NCBI GenBank assembly: GCA_038087875.1
Contig: JAXLNO010001977.1
Location: 1-64,000, forward strand
From: Malacoraja senta
Lineage: Eukaryota
Direction of reading: 5' to 3'
Length of the DNA stretch: 64,000 bases
A program made the translations under genes and the position numbers. Of this stretch, positions 1 to 12,454 are shown piece by piece. How positions within the stretch are numbered: the first letter of the stretch is position 1; each line of letters begins with the position of its first letter. The notes beneath the pieces are model-generated. The model was not told the origin of the DNA, did no database searches, and saw only the letters and a list, made by a program, of their open reading frames with translations.

Positions 1-8
1 GATAACGG

Positions 9-32
9 TTGATTGATTGATTGATTGATTGA
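9..32. repeat. (GATT)n microsatellite, tail of a short AT-rich insertion (also 26469-26492 and 59949-59972)
   Basis: Directly visible tetranucleotide repeat. Confidence 0.85.
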
Positions 33-261
33 GTTAACTCAGTTCGCTGTATTCGGTCTGATTCAAGACTTTTCTCACATTCTGCGCCAGCGAATTGTTG
101 GTGCGTGACCCCCATCAATGGCAAGGTGTTGCCACAAGTGATATCAAGTGGGGTGTCTTAGCCCATAATTCATAATGCATTTACCTATCAGCACCACACC
201 AGAGCAAGTCTCAACCAAGCTAAACTGCAAGACTTGGGTTTGGCAACTATATTCATCTCAC

Positions 262-318
262 AGCATGGGATGAGGTTAGTGATGGAGAAGTCATGGTGAA
301 TACTGCAGGAAGCGCTCT
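262..318 (-). other. Candidate extra stalk or alternative terminal exon (also 26707-26763 and 60187-60243)
   Basis: Strong acceptor ttcctccatttgctgcttttcag| and donor GCT|gtgaga, 57 nt. Entered in phase 2 it hits TGA after 9 codons. Nearby AGs (+2, +4) give open frames, so use is uncertain. Confidence 0.35.
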
Positions 319-639
319 CTGAAAAGCAGCAAATGGAGGAACTTGTTCTTATCATCCAAGCATGTACACAACACAATGAGATGTAAACCCAGTGTAATCC
401 CCCTTCTGAAGAGTTAACTAATAATTGGTTTGCAAGTTAAATACATATTATTAACGAATATTTAAGAGATACATTTATATTTGGTGTCAGGCTTGAAACA
501 ATAGACAATAGACAATAGACAAGAGGTGCAGGGGTAGGCCATTCGGCCCTTTGAGCCAGCACCGCCATTCAATGTGATCATGGCTGGACGTACAAAATTT
601 GATTATGCTTCGATATTTGGTTTCATTGGATCAAAGACC

Positions 640-1005
640 CATGGAGAAACACAGTATAGAAACAGGCCATTTGGCCCTTCTGGTCTGTGCCGACAGTCAA
701 CTACATTCACACGGATCCTCTGTCAATCCCATTTTTATTTTCCCCACTTTCTGATCAACTACCACTACCGTCCAACACCCTCCCTCCCTCCCCGCCCCAT
801 CCCCTATGCACAGATTCAACCGCTGTCCTGTACACACGGGGCAATTTACAACTGGCACATCTTTGGGAGCTGGGAGGAAACTGGAGCACTTAAATTAAAC
901 CAACACAATACAAGGCAAAACATGCAGACCACGCACAGACAGCACCTAATGAACCAGGGTCGTGGCGTTGTGAGGCTGTGATTCTATCGGCTGTGCCACT
1001 GTGCA
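640..1005 (-). mobile_element. Degenerate tRNA-derived SINE (copies about 27085-27450 and 60565-60930)
   Basis: Reverse strand begins gcacagtggcacagccg...ccctggttc and ends in a LINE-type tail. Confidence 0.65.
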
Positions 1006-1136
1006 TTCAGATCAATACTCTCAGGGCATTTAATGCCAGTGAAAGGCAGGCACAAATTTCTCCCAAATAAAGCATTCCCAACCAAAACACCAGCAATTAC
1101 TATATTGTAACTTCCATTGGAAACAGAGTGGTTTAC

Positions 1137-1185
1137 CTTGCAGAGTTATTGGATGTTATCGAATTTTCACAAGAATATTCATGAC
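1137..1185 (-). CDS. Gene A stalk exon (GHEYSCENSITSNNSA)
   Basis: Strong acceptor ttttatttccttgttccaacag|, donor AAG|gtaaac. 49 nt, phase 1 to phase 2, compatible with the C2-2 donor upstream and the phase-2 TM exon downstream. Confidence 0.7.
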
Positions 1186-1374
1186 CTGTTGGAACAAGGA
1201 AATAAAAGTCAGTTTCACTGCTTTTCACTTGCAGTTGAACAAAGGAGTATGGTTTTCCGATGTAAGTAGTTGATAGGCTTAACAGACAGGATAATGTTTC
1301 TTCAGTGTGAGTTGATTAAATGGGAGATGTTACGACAAGCAGGCGTGCTGGTAACAACTCTGGCGCCAGATGTA

Positions 1375-1705
1375 GACGGCACAGTGGCGCAGCGGTAGAG
1401 TTGCTGCCTTACAACGCCAGAGACCCGGGTTCGATCCTGACTACGGATGTACGGAATTTTTACCACCTCCCTGTGACCGTGTGGGTTTTCTCCAAGTGCT
1501 CCTGTCCCCCCCTCCCCCCCTCCCCCCTCCCCCCCTCCCCCCCTCCCCCCTCCCCCTCCCCCGCATTACAAAGTAGTGCAAGTTTGCCGGTTCATTGGCT
1601 TTGTAAATGGTCCCCATGGAACTAGTGTACTGGTGAAGACTGGACGGTGTGCACCGAGTGGGTCGAAGAGCCTGTTTCCACGCTGTATCCATAAACTAAT
1701 CTAAA
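1375..1705 (+). mobile_element. tRNA-derived SINE (V-SINE type); copies about 27820-28141 and 61300-61620
   Basis: Box A tggcgcagcgg (1385-1395), box B ggttcgatcc (1428-1437), LINE-like 3' end and taaactaa tail; internal (C6T)n tract. Confidence 0.88.
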
Positions 1706-2472
1706 GGTTGCAATTTGACTTGAGACTTGAGAGAAGTGTTGCTTGGGATGAAACATTGCAGTTATGGGGAGGGGTTCGATAAGGTTTTTATAATATTCCA
1801 TGCAGGACAGGTGAGGAAGGGGAAACCAATTACAGGTGCACAAAAACTCTGAGCTGCATAGACAGTGGATTTTTGGGAAATGTTGCACGATAGATATGTG
1901 TAAATGTGGAGAACACATGGTTAAGTTAAGGAGCAGGATGTTTCAAGGGTATCAAGAAATATTATTAAACCCAGAAGGTGGAGGTACCTGAATTGCTGCA
2001 ATGGACGAGGTGCTGGTAAATGGGATACCGTCGTCAAGGATTTAACTGTGGCCACATTTACTGATAATGTCTGATCCCTTACCATATCTGTGTGTGGATC
2101 ATGTGGTGGGAAAGTGAATGTGCTTGGACTGATGTCACTGCAAACCTAGTTCAAAGCTGTGTAAATGCAAGAGGCAATTCTATACAGGATGCTAGCCTAC
2201 ACCAGCACTACGAATTCTATTTCTGGAGCCCAACAACCAAGTACTGACAAATGAGCCATAATTCCATCATATTAATCTTGATAAATTACTTAAATAACGT
2301 GCAGGGATTTCAGGGTGACGGAGGTTATGAGGAGAAAGCAGGAGAATGGGGTGAAGAAGGGAAGATAGATCAGCCATGATTGAATGGTCTATTTCTGCTT
2401 CTATCACTTGTAATCTGATGACCCCCCCACCCGCACTTCCCCTTCTTCTCCTCATTCCCCCCCACTACTTAC

Positions 2473-2793
2473 CAGTGCCGTTGATTTTCACTAGAAAACT
2501 GCAGGGCACGTCACTGTTGGAGATGGACACGTTGACCATTTCACTGGATTTTGTTCCATTATTATTGGAGGCTGTGCAATAATATTGATGGTGCTGGTGT
2601 TTGAATGATTGACAATGCAGATCCAGGGCATTTTGGTCTGAGATCTTTGAATCCACAGATGGGGTCTTTTCATACCAGCTGTAGCTAATGGGCGGTGATC
2701 CACTGACCGACTCACAGGACACTGTCATTGAGCCCCCGACACAGGAGACATTGGCTGGTGACAGAAATCCAAGCACAGGAACAGACACGGGGT
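2473..2793 (-). pseudogene. Gene A FCRL-like C2 exon C2-2, frame intact but splice acceptor mutated (AG>AT)
   Basis: 321-nt open frame PVSVPVL...SCESVSGSPPISYSW...YYCTASNN, donor ACTG|gtaagt. Acceptor reads tttcccacAT here versus tttcccacAG in genes B and C. Confidence 0.8.
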
Positions 2794-2914
2794 ATGTGGG
2801 AAAGGAGCAAACAGTCAGACAACTGAGTGAACATCTGAAAATCAAACACTCGCCAATATCCACCATCTCTGTATCTTAGCCAGAGCCGCCATTTTGGAAT
2901 CGGACCCATCCATC

Positions 2915-3415
2915 TACATAGAATCATAGAGTCATACAGCGTCGAAACAGGCCCTTCGGTCTAACTTGCCCGCGCAGACCAACACGCCCAATCTACACGA
3001 GTTCCACCTGCCCTTTCTTGGCCCTTAACCCACTAAACATATCATATTCATGTACATGTCCAATATTTTATTAAATGTTACGATAGTACCTGCCATAACT
3101 ACTTCTGTCGGCAGTTCGTTTCATGTGCCTACCAACCTTTGTGTAAAAACGTGACTCACCAGGTTCCTGTTAAATCATTCCCCCCTCATATTAAAACCAT
3201 GTCCTCCGGTTCTCGATTCCCCTACTCTGAGCAAAAGGCTGTGTATTAACTCGATCTATTCCTCGCATGATTTTTTACCTGCCATAAGATCATCCCTCAT
3301 CCTCCTGCGCTCCAAGAAATAAAGTCCTAATCTGCTCAATCCCTCCCTGTATGTCAGGCCCTCAAGTCATCGCAACATCCTTGTAAGTCTTCCCTGTACC
3401 TTCTCCTCACAACTT
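2915..3415 (-). mobile_element. CR1-like 3' fragment (copies about 29340-29825 and 62820-63300)
   Basis: catagaatcatagagtcatac tail and degenerate CR1 3' coding sequence. Confidence 0.7.
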
Positions 3416-3814
3416 AACAGATTTGAACATCTCTGTGTCTCTCCATCCACCCAGCTGGCAGAACTACCATGTCTGCCACTGTACCAATACACAGCAGCAC
3501 CATCTGTCTTTGTTTTATATTTCCAGCATCTGCAGTTAATCTTCTTTTAATCTGAAACTCTGCCACAATTCTACAATACCAACATTCAAACACTTCATTA
3601 GTGCAACAGTATCAATATCAACAACTCTCAAATTTCCTTGTATAAACTTGTTGATAGTGATAATGTTGCACTAATGAGGTGTGAGAATGGCGGTATTGTA
3701 GAATTATGTGTAGGGAGCGAATGGGAAAGTGGAATAACATAGAACTAGTGCGACCGGTGATCGCTAGTCGGTGTGGACTCGGTGGGCCGAAGGATCCGTT
3801 TCCATGTTGCATTT

Positions 3815-3960
3815 GTAACCTCCAACTAAATATCCCGGTGACATTTTTCTGTAACCTCTCCAAACCTTTCACATCTTTTGTTTTATAAAGCGGGGACCAG
3901 AACTGTGCACCAGGCTCCCATATGTGACCCAACAAATGTTTTATGCAGATGCCAAAGTCG
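3815..3960 (-). mobile_element. Short CR1 ORF2 fragment
   Basis: Translates to AQFWSPLYKTKDVKGLERLQKNVT, matching the CR1 VQFWSP...VQRRFT block elsewhere in the window. Confidence 0.6.
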
Positions 3961-3990
3961 AGACATGAAGTCACTCACTGAGAAACCTAC

Positions 3991-4308
3991 CTTCAGATAC
4001 TTGGAGATGTACTTTAAATGTTGGTTCGCCAGGTGTAATAATTCCACATCTGTACCATCCTGTATCTCCAGAGTGAAGATCCTCCACAGTCACAGTAAAT
4101 ATTCCTCGTGCCGGGTTATCTGTGATTGACACTCTTCCGCTCTGTCCTTGTTTCCCATTTGTTTCCACTATATGTGTACACTGGCGACTTGTCCCAGGGC
4201 ACCAGTATTTTGTGTGTGAGCGGTACACTGCTGCATAGTGACAATCGATTGAGATCGCTCTTCCCACAACCCCTCGTACTTCGCTCTCTGCCCACAGTGC
4301 ACCTGAAA
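3991..4308 (-). CDS. Gene A Ig V exon Vd
   Basis: Acceptors ttttccttcag|TTTCAG|GTGCA (4308 or 4302), donor GAAG|gtaggt. VSGALWAESEVRG...IDCHY...KYWCPGTSRQC...DTGWYRC, open frame. Confidence 0.9.
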
Positions 4309-5550
4309 CTGAAGGAAAATTCTTTCATAGATTGAAGAGCAAAATTAGCCTTTCACAAACATATACATTATAGTATACATCAATGTATACAGGGGCGTCC
4401 GCCCAATGATTTTCTTAACTCTGTTGAATTCCACCTAGATTGCGATGAGACAGATACTGTACACCGTCCCTCACCATCTGCACGTCGTTCCAAAGCGCTT
4501 CCCAGCTAATGTGGGTGTGAATGGTGAAGAATGATGCATTGAACACGGAGCCTGTTGCAATTGGAAGGTAATGTCTTGGGAGTCTTGGTGAGTTGCTGCA
4601 GTGCATCGTGCAGATGGTGCAAACTGCTGCTGCTCTACATCAACGGGGTGTCTATCAAGTACGACTCTGGGTCATGACAGACCAAACACAAGTGTTCGGC
4701 GAAATTGTAGCCTCGGCCAGTGCTTCTTAAACTGATGAATGGTTTACCCAAGGGCGAATGAAATTATTTTGGGGTGAATGAGTTAATTCATGTTTTTTGC
4801 TCATGTGACAAAATAAATTATATATAAAATTATGCACAAGTGAAAATAAGATGATAATAACCAAAAAAACATAAGAATATTTAGTGGAGGGTGAATTAAA
4901 TCTTGTAATAAAGACTCAAGGGTGAATGGCACTGAAATAGTTTAAGAAACGCTGGCATTGTATAAGCTTGGTGTCTCTGGTGTAAACCATTCACACTCTA
5001 TTCTGGACTTCCAATCTGAACGTCTCCACACCTACTGGGAGTTCATTTCAAAATTCTCTTTGACAAAAGTAAGGGTTATACTTGATGGAGTGACGGCCAA
5101 GTAGATTACAATTTAATTTAGTGATATTACTGGAGTTTAACACAAATTAACAGTTAAAATCATGAACATGATCATGAATTGTACATCCTTGATTGTAAAT
5201 GATGGCGGATCCCAAACAGAATGCATTTGGTTGCTTTCAATGTCTCAAAGTGACTGTGAGACCTTAAGCGGCAGCCAAGCGGCATTTTTAAGGCAGAAGG
5301 CAGAAATTTGATGGAGTGCACTCAACGCTTTGTGACAAGTGCATGTCTTTCTCTCCTTTGCTGAAATTGCTCAACACCTCCATGGTGGAAGCTACGGGCA
5401 ATTATTTGCCAGTCCCCCAAACAAACTCTCGCATTTTACACCATGAGCTCACGGTGGCTGCAATGATGCCGTCTGCAAATAACAAGAAATACATGAACAT
5501 CACCACAAGGTGAATAGCAGCAGGTTCAGGGACACGAGAGGAACACTCAC

Positions 5551-5870
5551 CTGCATTGTTCATTTCTGTCACATAACTGCACGTTCCTGCTCCTTTGAAG
5601 ACTTTCACCTTGACTATTTCACTGGATTTTGTCGCACGATTATTTGCGGCTGTGCAGTAATATCGAAGGTGTTCACCTCTGAGGATTTCACAACTCAGAT
5701 CCAGTTGATTGCCTTGCAAGATCGTTGAAACCCAATGCTCGTTCTTCTCAAACCATGTGTAATGATGGGAAGGGATCCACGGAGAGACTCACAGGACACT
5801 GACACAGAGCCTCCAAGACGTGAGGCATTTGCTGCTGACAGATAACTGAGCACAGGAGCAGACATGGGTT
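5551..5870 (-). pseudogene. Gene A FCRL-like C2 exon C2-1, frameshifted
   Basis: Acceptor ttcccacag|AA, donor GCAG|gtgagt, but 320 nt long. One base is missing near 5764 (plus strand gtaatgatggg vs gtaatggatggg in gene B). Repaired reading: EPMSAPVL...SCESLRGSLPIHYTW...YYCTAANN. Confidence 0.8.
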
Positions 5871-6804
5871 CTGTGGGAATGGACCAAATATTCAGTCACC
5901 TGTATGAATTGTTAAAAACCAAACACTTGCTAAATCTCAGCAGCACTTTATCTCAGCCCGAACCGTCCGGTTGATACCTCACCGGCTCATCTACATCTCT
6001 GGGAGTGTGCGATGCGCAGAAACCGAAGAAGGTTAGAGTTATTGAGAACCGAAAGATGCCCATCACAACAGCTCATTAATGCCGACCAACATGTCTTTCT
6101 ATGACATTTCCATATGTCCGCGTTTCTCATTTATCACTCGCAATGATCCCAATCTACGCAAATATCCAAAATTTATTTTAATGCTGCTATTCTGCCTCAA
6201 CAACTTCCCCTGGCAGCAGGTTCCATGTACATATTACCCAATGTGTGGAAAATGTTGTCCCTCAGAACATATGTTGGGATGTTATGTTTCAGTTGTACAT
6301 ATGTTATTGAGGTCGAACTTGTGCGAATTGTGTTCAGCTTCGGCCACTCATCTGTACAAAACATGCCATTACGGTCAATGGCACCTTACTATTCCTCCCT
6401 CTTTAAATAGTTCGCATTACCTCTGTCCTCCACTTTTTGATTCCACACATCGTGGGAAAATGAACATGCTTCTCGTGATTGATTCATTTCTATAAGTTCC
6501 TCTCTCAATCATTTCCACACTAAGGAATGAAGTCTGAGTTTGTCCAATCGCTCCCTGCGTCAATCCCATCCTGTCCAGGCAACGTCCGCCCTAAAACCTT
6601 TCTGCACGCTGTCCATCTCAACTTTTCTTGGAGCTGAGTGACTGAAGCTGAACACAATTCCCAAAGTGTGGACTGAACATCTGCACGTCTGAAGCATATT
6701 ATCTCAAATTATATTCTGAATGTTCTCACTGATGAAGACCAGCGTGCCAAAAACACAATTCAATGCCTTGTAATTTAATCGCGAAAACTAATTACGATCG
6801 CTTT

Positions 6805-7790
6805 AAGAGAGACACAAAATGCTGGGGGAACTCAGCGAGCCGGCAGCATCTCTCGAGAGAAGGAGTGGGTGAAGTTTCGGATCGAGACCCTTCTCCAGCC
6901 TGACAGTCATGTTCTGGGTGACAGAAGAGAAATGGAAGGATAAGATGTTAAAACAAGTGATCAAAGGTGACAATGTTAAAGGGAAATGTAGATTGAATCA
7001 TTGTCAGCTGAAGGGAAGGTGACAACGAGGCGTACAATCAGTAAAATATTATCAGGTGAATCTAATTGGAGGTTTCGGATGGGGGCGGGATGGAAAGGAG
7101 TAAAGCAAGGGTTACTTGAAGTTAGAGATGTCAATATTCAAAGCGCTGGGTTGTAAGCTGCCCAAGCGAAATATGAGGCGCTGTTTTTCCAATTTGCCTT
7201 TGGCCTCACTCTGACACTGGAGGAGGTCCAGGACGGAAAGATCAGTTTGGGAATGGGAGGGGGAATAAAAGTGTTTAGCAATCGGGATGTAGCGTAGGCC
7301 GAGGCAGACTGAGCGGAGTTGTTCAGCGAAACGATCGCCGAGTCTGCGCTTGGTCTCCCATCTAGTATATCCGCTTGTTCACATCTGGAACAGCGGATAG
7401 AGTAGATGAGGTTAGAGGAGATGCAAGCCACCCTCTGCCTCACCCGAAAAGACTGTTGAGGCCCATGGACGGAGTAAAGGGGGGGGGATATATAGTGACT
7501 GGTGTTGCATCTCCTGCAGTTGTAGGGGAAGGTACCTGGGGACGAGGGGAGGGGGGGGGAGAGGACGTGTTGACCAGGGAGTTGCGGAGGGAACGCAAAA
7601 AGCGAAGGAGATGGAAATATGTGACTAGTTGTGGCATCCCGTTGTAGGTGGCGCAAATGTCGGAGGAATATATGCTGTGTGCGACGGCTGATGGGGCGAA
7701 AGATGAGTTTATTCTGCTTACGAACGGGGAAATGTCCGGGAGGAGAGGCTGGCTGGCTGCCGGGCGGTGGGTGGACAATGGCTGCTGGCA
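6805..7790 (-). mobile_element. Penelope-like element remnant (GIY-YIG); sister copies about 9715-10690, 33700-34680 and 36610-37590
   Basis: Degenerate ORF with SSNLIYSIRCSRC plus the terminal repeat acacaaaatgctgg...gacgtttcgggtcgagaccc. Duplicated with the V cassette. Confidence 0.75.
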
Positions 7791-8277
7791 GTGGGGGCGC
7801 ATTTACTGGGCAGAGGGAGAGAGAGAGAGTGCGCGGGGTGGGGAGGGGGGTGACTGATTCCTGAGGTGGGGGCGGGAAGCGGACTGGCCTGCCCCGGGAG
7901 GACTGAACGCAGTCGGTGGAGCTCTGGGGACAGATTCCCTGTTTATGATTCTCCGGGTATTCAGACGGCGAGCAACACTTGTTTCTCACTGATCTGTCGG
8001 ATTATTAGTTTGAGTCGGAATGCAAACCTCTGACAGGGTGATATTTCATACAATTCAGAGGCAGGGTAATGTGTTGAGTGTCTTGAAGTGGGTGGCCGCT
8101 CAATGGGACAGAGCCCGAACTGGGTGAGAGCAAACATGAGTGGGGTTTCCCGACCCTCGCCGCTCCCCGCAGGCCTCTGCACTGCTGCGGAGCCTCGAGA
8201 TATCGGTGCTGCCCTGACCCTTCCCGAAGAAAATAGCTTCTCAGTGGAGACATTAAGTCAATCGCTGCGAAACGTAC

Positions 8278-8592
8278 CGTCAGATACTTGGAGATATACG
8301 TTAAATATTGAATGGTCGGCAGGTGCTGTGATTCCACAGCTGTACCATCCTGTATCTCCAGAGTGAAGATCTTCCACAGTCATAGTAAATATTCTTAGTG
8401 CCGGTATGTCGGTGATTGACACTCTTCCACTCCGTCCGTGTTGCCCATTTGTTTCCACCATATCTGTACATTGGCGACTCTGCCCACGGCACCAGTATTT
8501 AGCCTGTGAGCGGTACTCTGCTGCATAGTGACAATCGATTGTGATGGCTCTTCCCACAACTCCTGTTAAATTCCTCTCTCCCCACACTGCAG
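8278..8592 (-). CDS. Gene A Ig V exon Vc
   Basis: Acceptor ccctttcag|CTGCAG, donor GACG|gtacgt, 315 nt open frame with all V-set and pIgR/CD300 cysteines. Confidence 0.9.
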
Positions 8593-10986
8593 CTGAAAGG
8601 GAGGGGAAAAAACTTTCAGATGGAGAGCAAATGAACTGTTTAATGGAAATATATATATTTTGAAGATTGCATGAAAAACATAATCGTTCCATGATGTGTC
8701 ATTTTGCTTCACGGCCAATGTCTCCGGTCTGAAGTGCAGGCAGTGCTGTTATTGTACCAGTTGTGTCAGTGTTCTGTCCCCGGGTCAGTACAATTAGGGT
8801 TCACTTCCCACTCCAGATCCCTGCGCAGAAACTGGACTGGGATCGCAGTGCGGTACTGAGGGAGCGCGGCAGCGTTGCAGGAGCTGCCTTTCAACAATCC
8901 CAGGCGGTGCCCGGCCTCTCAACCCACAGAAATACCCCACTTTGCTATTTCAGTGTCGGCGCTGCCAGCATTCATCTCTCAACCGACACTGGGCCGGACC
9001 CGTGTTTAGAAATTCACCGCAGCCACTGTCTTTACAACGCCCTGACTGAGGACAGAGTACGGACCGGTTACAATAAAGCGGGTCCCTTGCTGGAGAACGC
9101 TACTAGCGTGAAAACACACTCCGCCAGATTCACTGTACCTCGGTACTCGTGACAATAAACTAAACTGAATTGTGAGCCAATGTCCCGCTGCTCATCTGGG
9201 ACAGGTTTTATTCCCAATGACCCCGGCTCGCCCTGGACAATTCAGCACGACTGGGCCGCGATTGGAGAGATGATGGAGAAAGAGTTGGGGTGGGTGGATA
9301 GAGCGAGGACAGTGGTTCAGTCTCAGACTCCGGGGAATTGTTGGGTTTGCGACAGAGTTGAGCCGGACAAATGCTGGGAATGTTTGAACTGACACAACGA
9401 GTCCACAATCCTGACTTCCACCTCCTTGGTAAACACATTTTAAAAGTGTAGAATTAACTTACTGATGACGTTGGAACCTTCGGTCCAGGTGTCTTGCAGT
9501 ATCTGCTTCAAATTCATTCGCTATTTTAAGTTTTCATTTATCATCAGGATGCAATTCGACCATGTGTCAACAGTGGTTAAACTACGAACATTGTGTAGAT
9601 ATTCAAGTGTGATTTCAGATCCATCACCACAATGCACCGAGTTCCATTTCCCCCTTTACATGTCTACACACACTTAACCATCTCTGCTGTGGAAAACGAA
9701 TTTACGATCCCTTTAAGATAGACACAAAATTCTGGAGTAACGCAACGGAGCAGGCAGCATCTCTCGAAAGAAGGAATGAGTGACGTTTCGTGTCGAGACC
9801 CATCTTCAGCCTGAGAATCATGGGACAGGGAGACAGAAGAAAATGGAAAGGTAAGGTGTGAAAACAAGTGATCAAAGGTGAAAAGGAAATGGACAATGGA
9901 TCATTGTGAGCTGAAGGGAAGGTGGCAACGAGGCATACAATAAGTAAAATAAAATCAGTTTGACTGTGCAACTAACTGGAGAGCTAGGATGGTGGCGGGA
10001 TGGGGACAGGAGTAAAGCAAGGGTTCCTTGAAGTTAGAGAAGTCAATATTCAAACCGATGGGTTGTAAGTTTCCCAGGTGCTTTTCCTCCTATTTACGTT
10101 GGATAGTGGAGGAGGTCCAGGACAGCAAGTTGAGTTTGGGGATGGGAGGGGGAATTAAAGTGTTTAGCAATCGGGAAGTAGCGTCGGCCGAAGCAGACTG
10201 AGCGGAGTTATTCAGCGAAACGATCGACGAGTCTGCGCTTGGTCTCGCCGATATACAGTAGTTCACACCTGGAACAGCGGATGTAGTAGGTGAGCTTGGA
10301 GGAGATGCTAGTCAATCCTCACCCGCAAAGATTGTTGGAGACCTTGGACGGAGTAGAGGAAGGAGGTATCGAGACAGGTGATCTATCTCCTGCAGTTGTC
10401 GGGGAAGGTACTTGGAGAGGGGATGGGTTTTTTTGGGGGGGGAAGGATGGACGTTGACCAGGGAGTTACGGAAGGAACGGTCTCTTCGGAAAGCAGAAAG
10501 CGGTGGAGATGGAAAGATGTGTCTAGTAGTGGGATCCCGTTGCAGGTGGCGAAAATGTTGGAGGATTATGTGTTGTGTGCGACGGCTGATGGGGTGAAAG
10601 ATGAGTTTATTCTGCTTAACACCGGGGAAATGTCCGGGTGGAGAGGTTGGCTGACTGCCGGGCGGTGGGTGGACAGTGGCTGCTGGGGATGGGGGCGCAT
10701 TGACGGGCAGAGGGAGAGAGAGAGAGCGCGGGGTTTGGGAGGGAATGACTGGTCCCTGAGGTGGGGGCGGGAAGCGGGATGGCCTACCCCGGGAGGACTG
10801 ATCGCAGTCTATTGAGCTCTGGGGACTGATTTTTTAAAAACGCTCGGGGTATTCAGACCGCGAGCAACACTTGTTTCTCACTGATCTGTCGGATTATTAT
10901 TTTGAGTCGGAATGCAAACTTCTGACAGGGTGACATTTCATACAGTTCAGAGGAAGGGAAATGTGCTGAGCATTCCACTTGAAGTG

Positions 10987-12454
10987 AAAAGTGAAGTGAA
11001 AGAGAAGTTAAATTCCACTTTTCAAAAAAGGAGCGAGAGAGAAAACGGGGAATTACAGACCAGTTAGCCTGACTTCGGTGGTGGGAAAGATGCTGGTGTC
11101 AATTATTAAAGAGGTAATAATGGGGCATTTGGATAGCAGTAAAAGTATTAGTCCAAGTCAGCATGGATTTATGAAAGGAAAATCATGCTTGACTAATCTT
11201 CTGGATTATTTTGAGGATGTGACAAGTAAAATGGATGAAGGGGAGCCAGTGCATGTAGTGGATCTAGACTTTCAGAAAGCCTTTGATAAAGACCCGCCCG
11301 GGAGACTGGTGACTACAATTAGAGCGCATGGTATTGGGGGTAGGGTGTTGACGTGGATAGAAGATTGGTTGGCAGACAGGAAGTAAAGAGTAGGAGTGAA
11401 CGGGTTCTTTTCAGAATGGCAGGCAGTGGCGAATGGAGTGCCGCAAGGCTCGGTGTTGGGGCCGCAACTGTTTACCATATATATTAATGATTTGGAAGAG
11501 GGAATTAGGAGCAACACTAGCAAGTTTGCGGATGACACAAAGCTGGATGGCAGTGTGAACTATGAAGAGGATGTTAGCAGGTTGCAGGATGACCAGGACA
11601 GGTTGAGTGAGTGGGCAGATGCGTGGCAGTATAATATAGATAAATGTGAGGTTATCCACTTTGGTGGCAAAAACAAGGGGGCAGATTATTATCACAACGG
11701 GGTTAGGTTAGGTAAGGGGGAGGCGCAGCGAGACCTGGGTGTCCTTGTACACCGGTCACTGAAAGTTGGCTTGCAGGTACAGCAGGCAGTGAAGAAAGCT
11801 AATGGAATGTTGGCCTTCATAACAAGAGAATTTCAGTATAGGAGTACAGAGGTTCTTCTGCAGTTGTATAGGGCTCTGGAAAGACCACATCTGGAGTATT
11901 GCGTACAGTTTTGGTCTCCTAATTTGTGGAAGGACATCCTTGTGATTGAGGCAGTGCAGCATAGGTTCACGAGATTGATCCCTGGGATGGCGGGACTGTC
12001 TTATGAGGAAAGATTGAAAAGACTAGGCTTGTATTCGCTGGAGTTTAGAAGGATGAGGGGGGATCTTATAGAAACACATAACATTATAAAAGGACTGGAC
12101 AAGCTAGATGCAGGAAAAATGTTCCCAATGTTGGGCGAGTCCAGATCCAGGGGCCACAGTCTTAGAATAAAGGGGAGGCCATTTAAGACTGAGGTGAGAA
12201 AAAACGTTTTCACCCAGAGTGTTGTGAATTTGTGCATTCCCTGCCACAGAGGGCAGTGGAGGCCAAATCACTGGATGGATTTAAGAGAGAGTCAGATAGA
12301 GCTCCAGGGTCTAGTGGAATCAAGGGATATGGGGAGAAGGCAGGCACAGGTTATTGATTGGGGACGATCAGCCATGATCGCAATGAATGGTGGTGCTGGC
12401 TCGAAGGGCCGAATGGCCTCCTCCTGCACCTATTTTCTATGTTTCTATGTTTCT
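10987..12454 (+). mobile_element. 5'-truncated CR1 LINE in the Vb-Vc intron
   Basis: RT motifs (GVPQGSVLGP, KFADD) and (CTATGTTT)n tail. The uninterrupted site is visible in the sister cassette near 8085. Confidence 0.9.

Noticed and set aside
1320-1692. Pro-rich and Gly/Arg-rich ORFs
   Set aside because: They are translations of the SINE and its poly-C tract.
4803-4931. Hydrophobic frame after an acceptor-like site as a TM/GPI exon for C2-1
   Set aside because: Very AT-rich DNA gives F/I/L/Y runs by chance and it has no similarity to the real TM exon.
5983-5998. 16-nt micro-exon just upstream of C2-1 (cccag|...CCG|gtgagg)
   Set aside because: Not a multiple of 3 and contains TAG in phase 1; no frame-compatible use found.
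9457-9560. gtaagt donor in the duplicated intron block as an alternative leader for Vc (also near 36342)
   Set aside because: No ATG-initiated hydrophobic frame precedes it, and the equivalent site upstream of Va is gaagtt.
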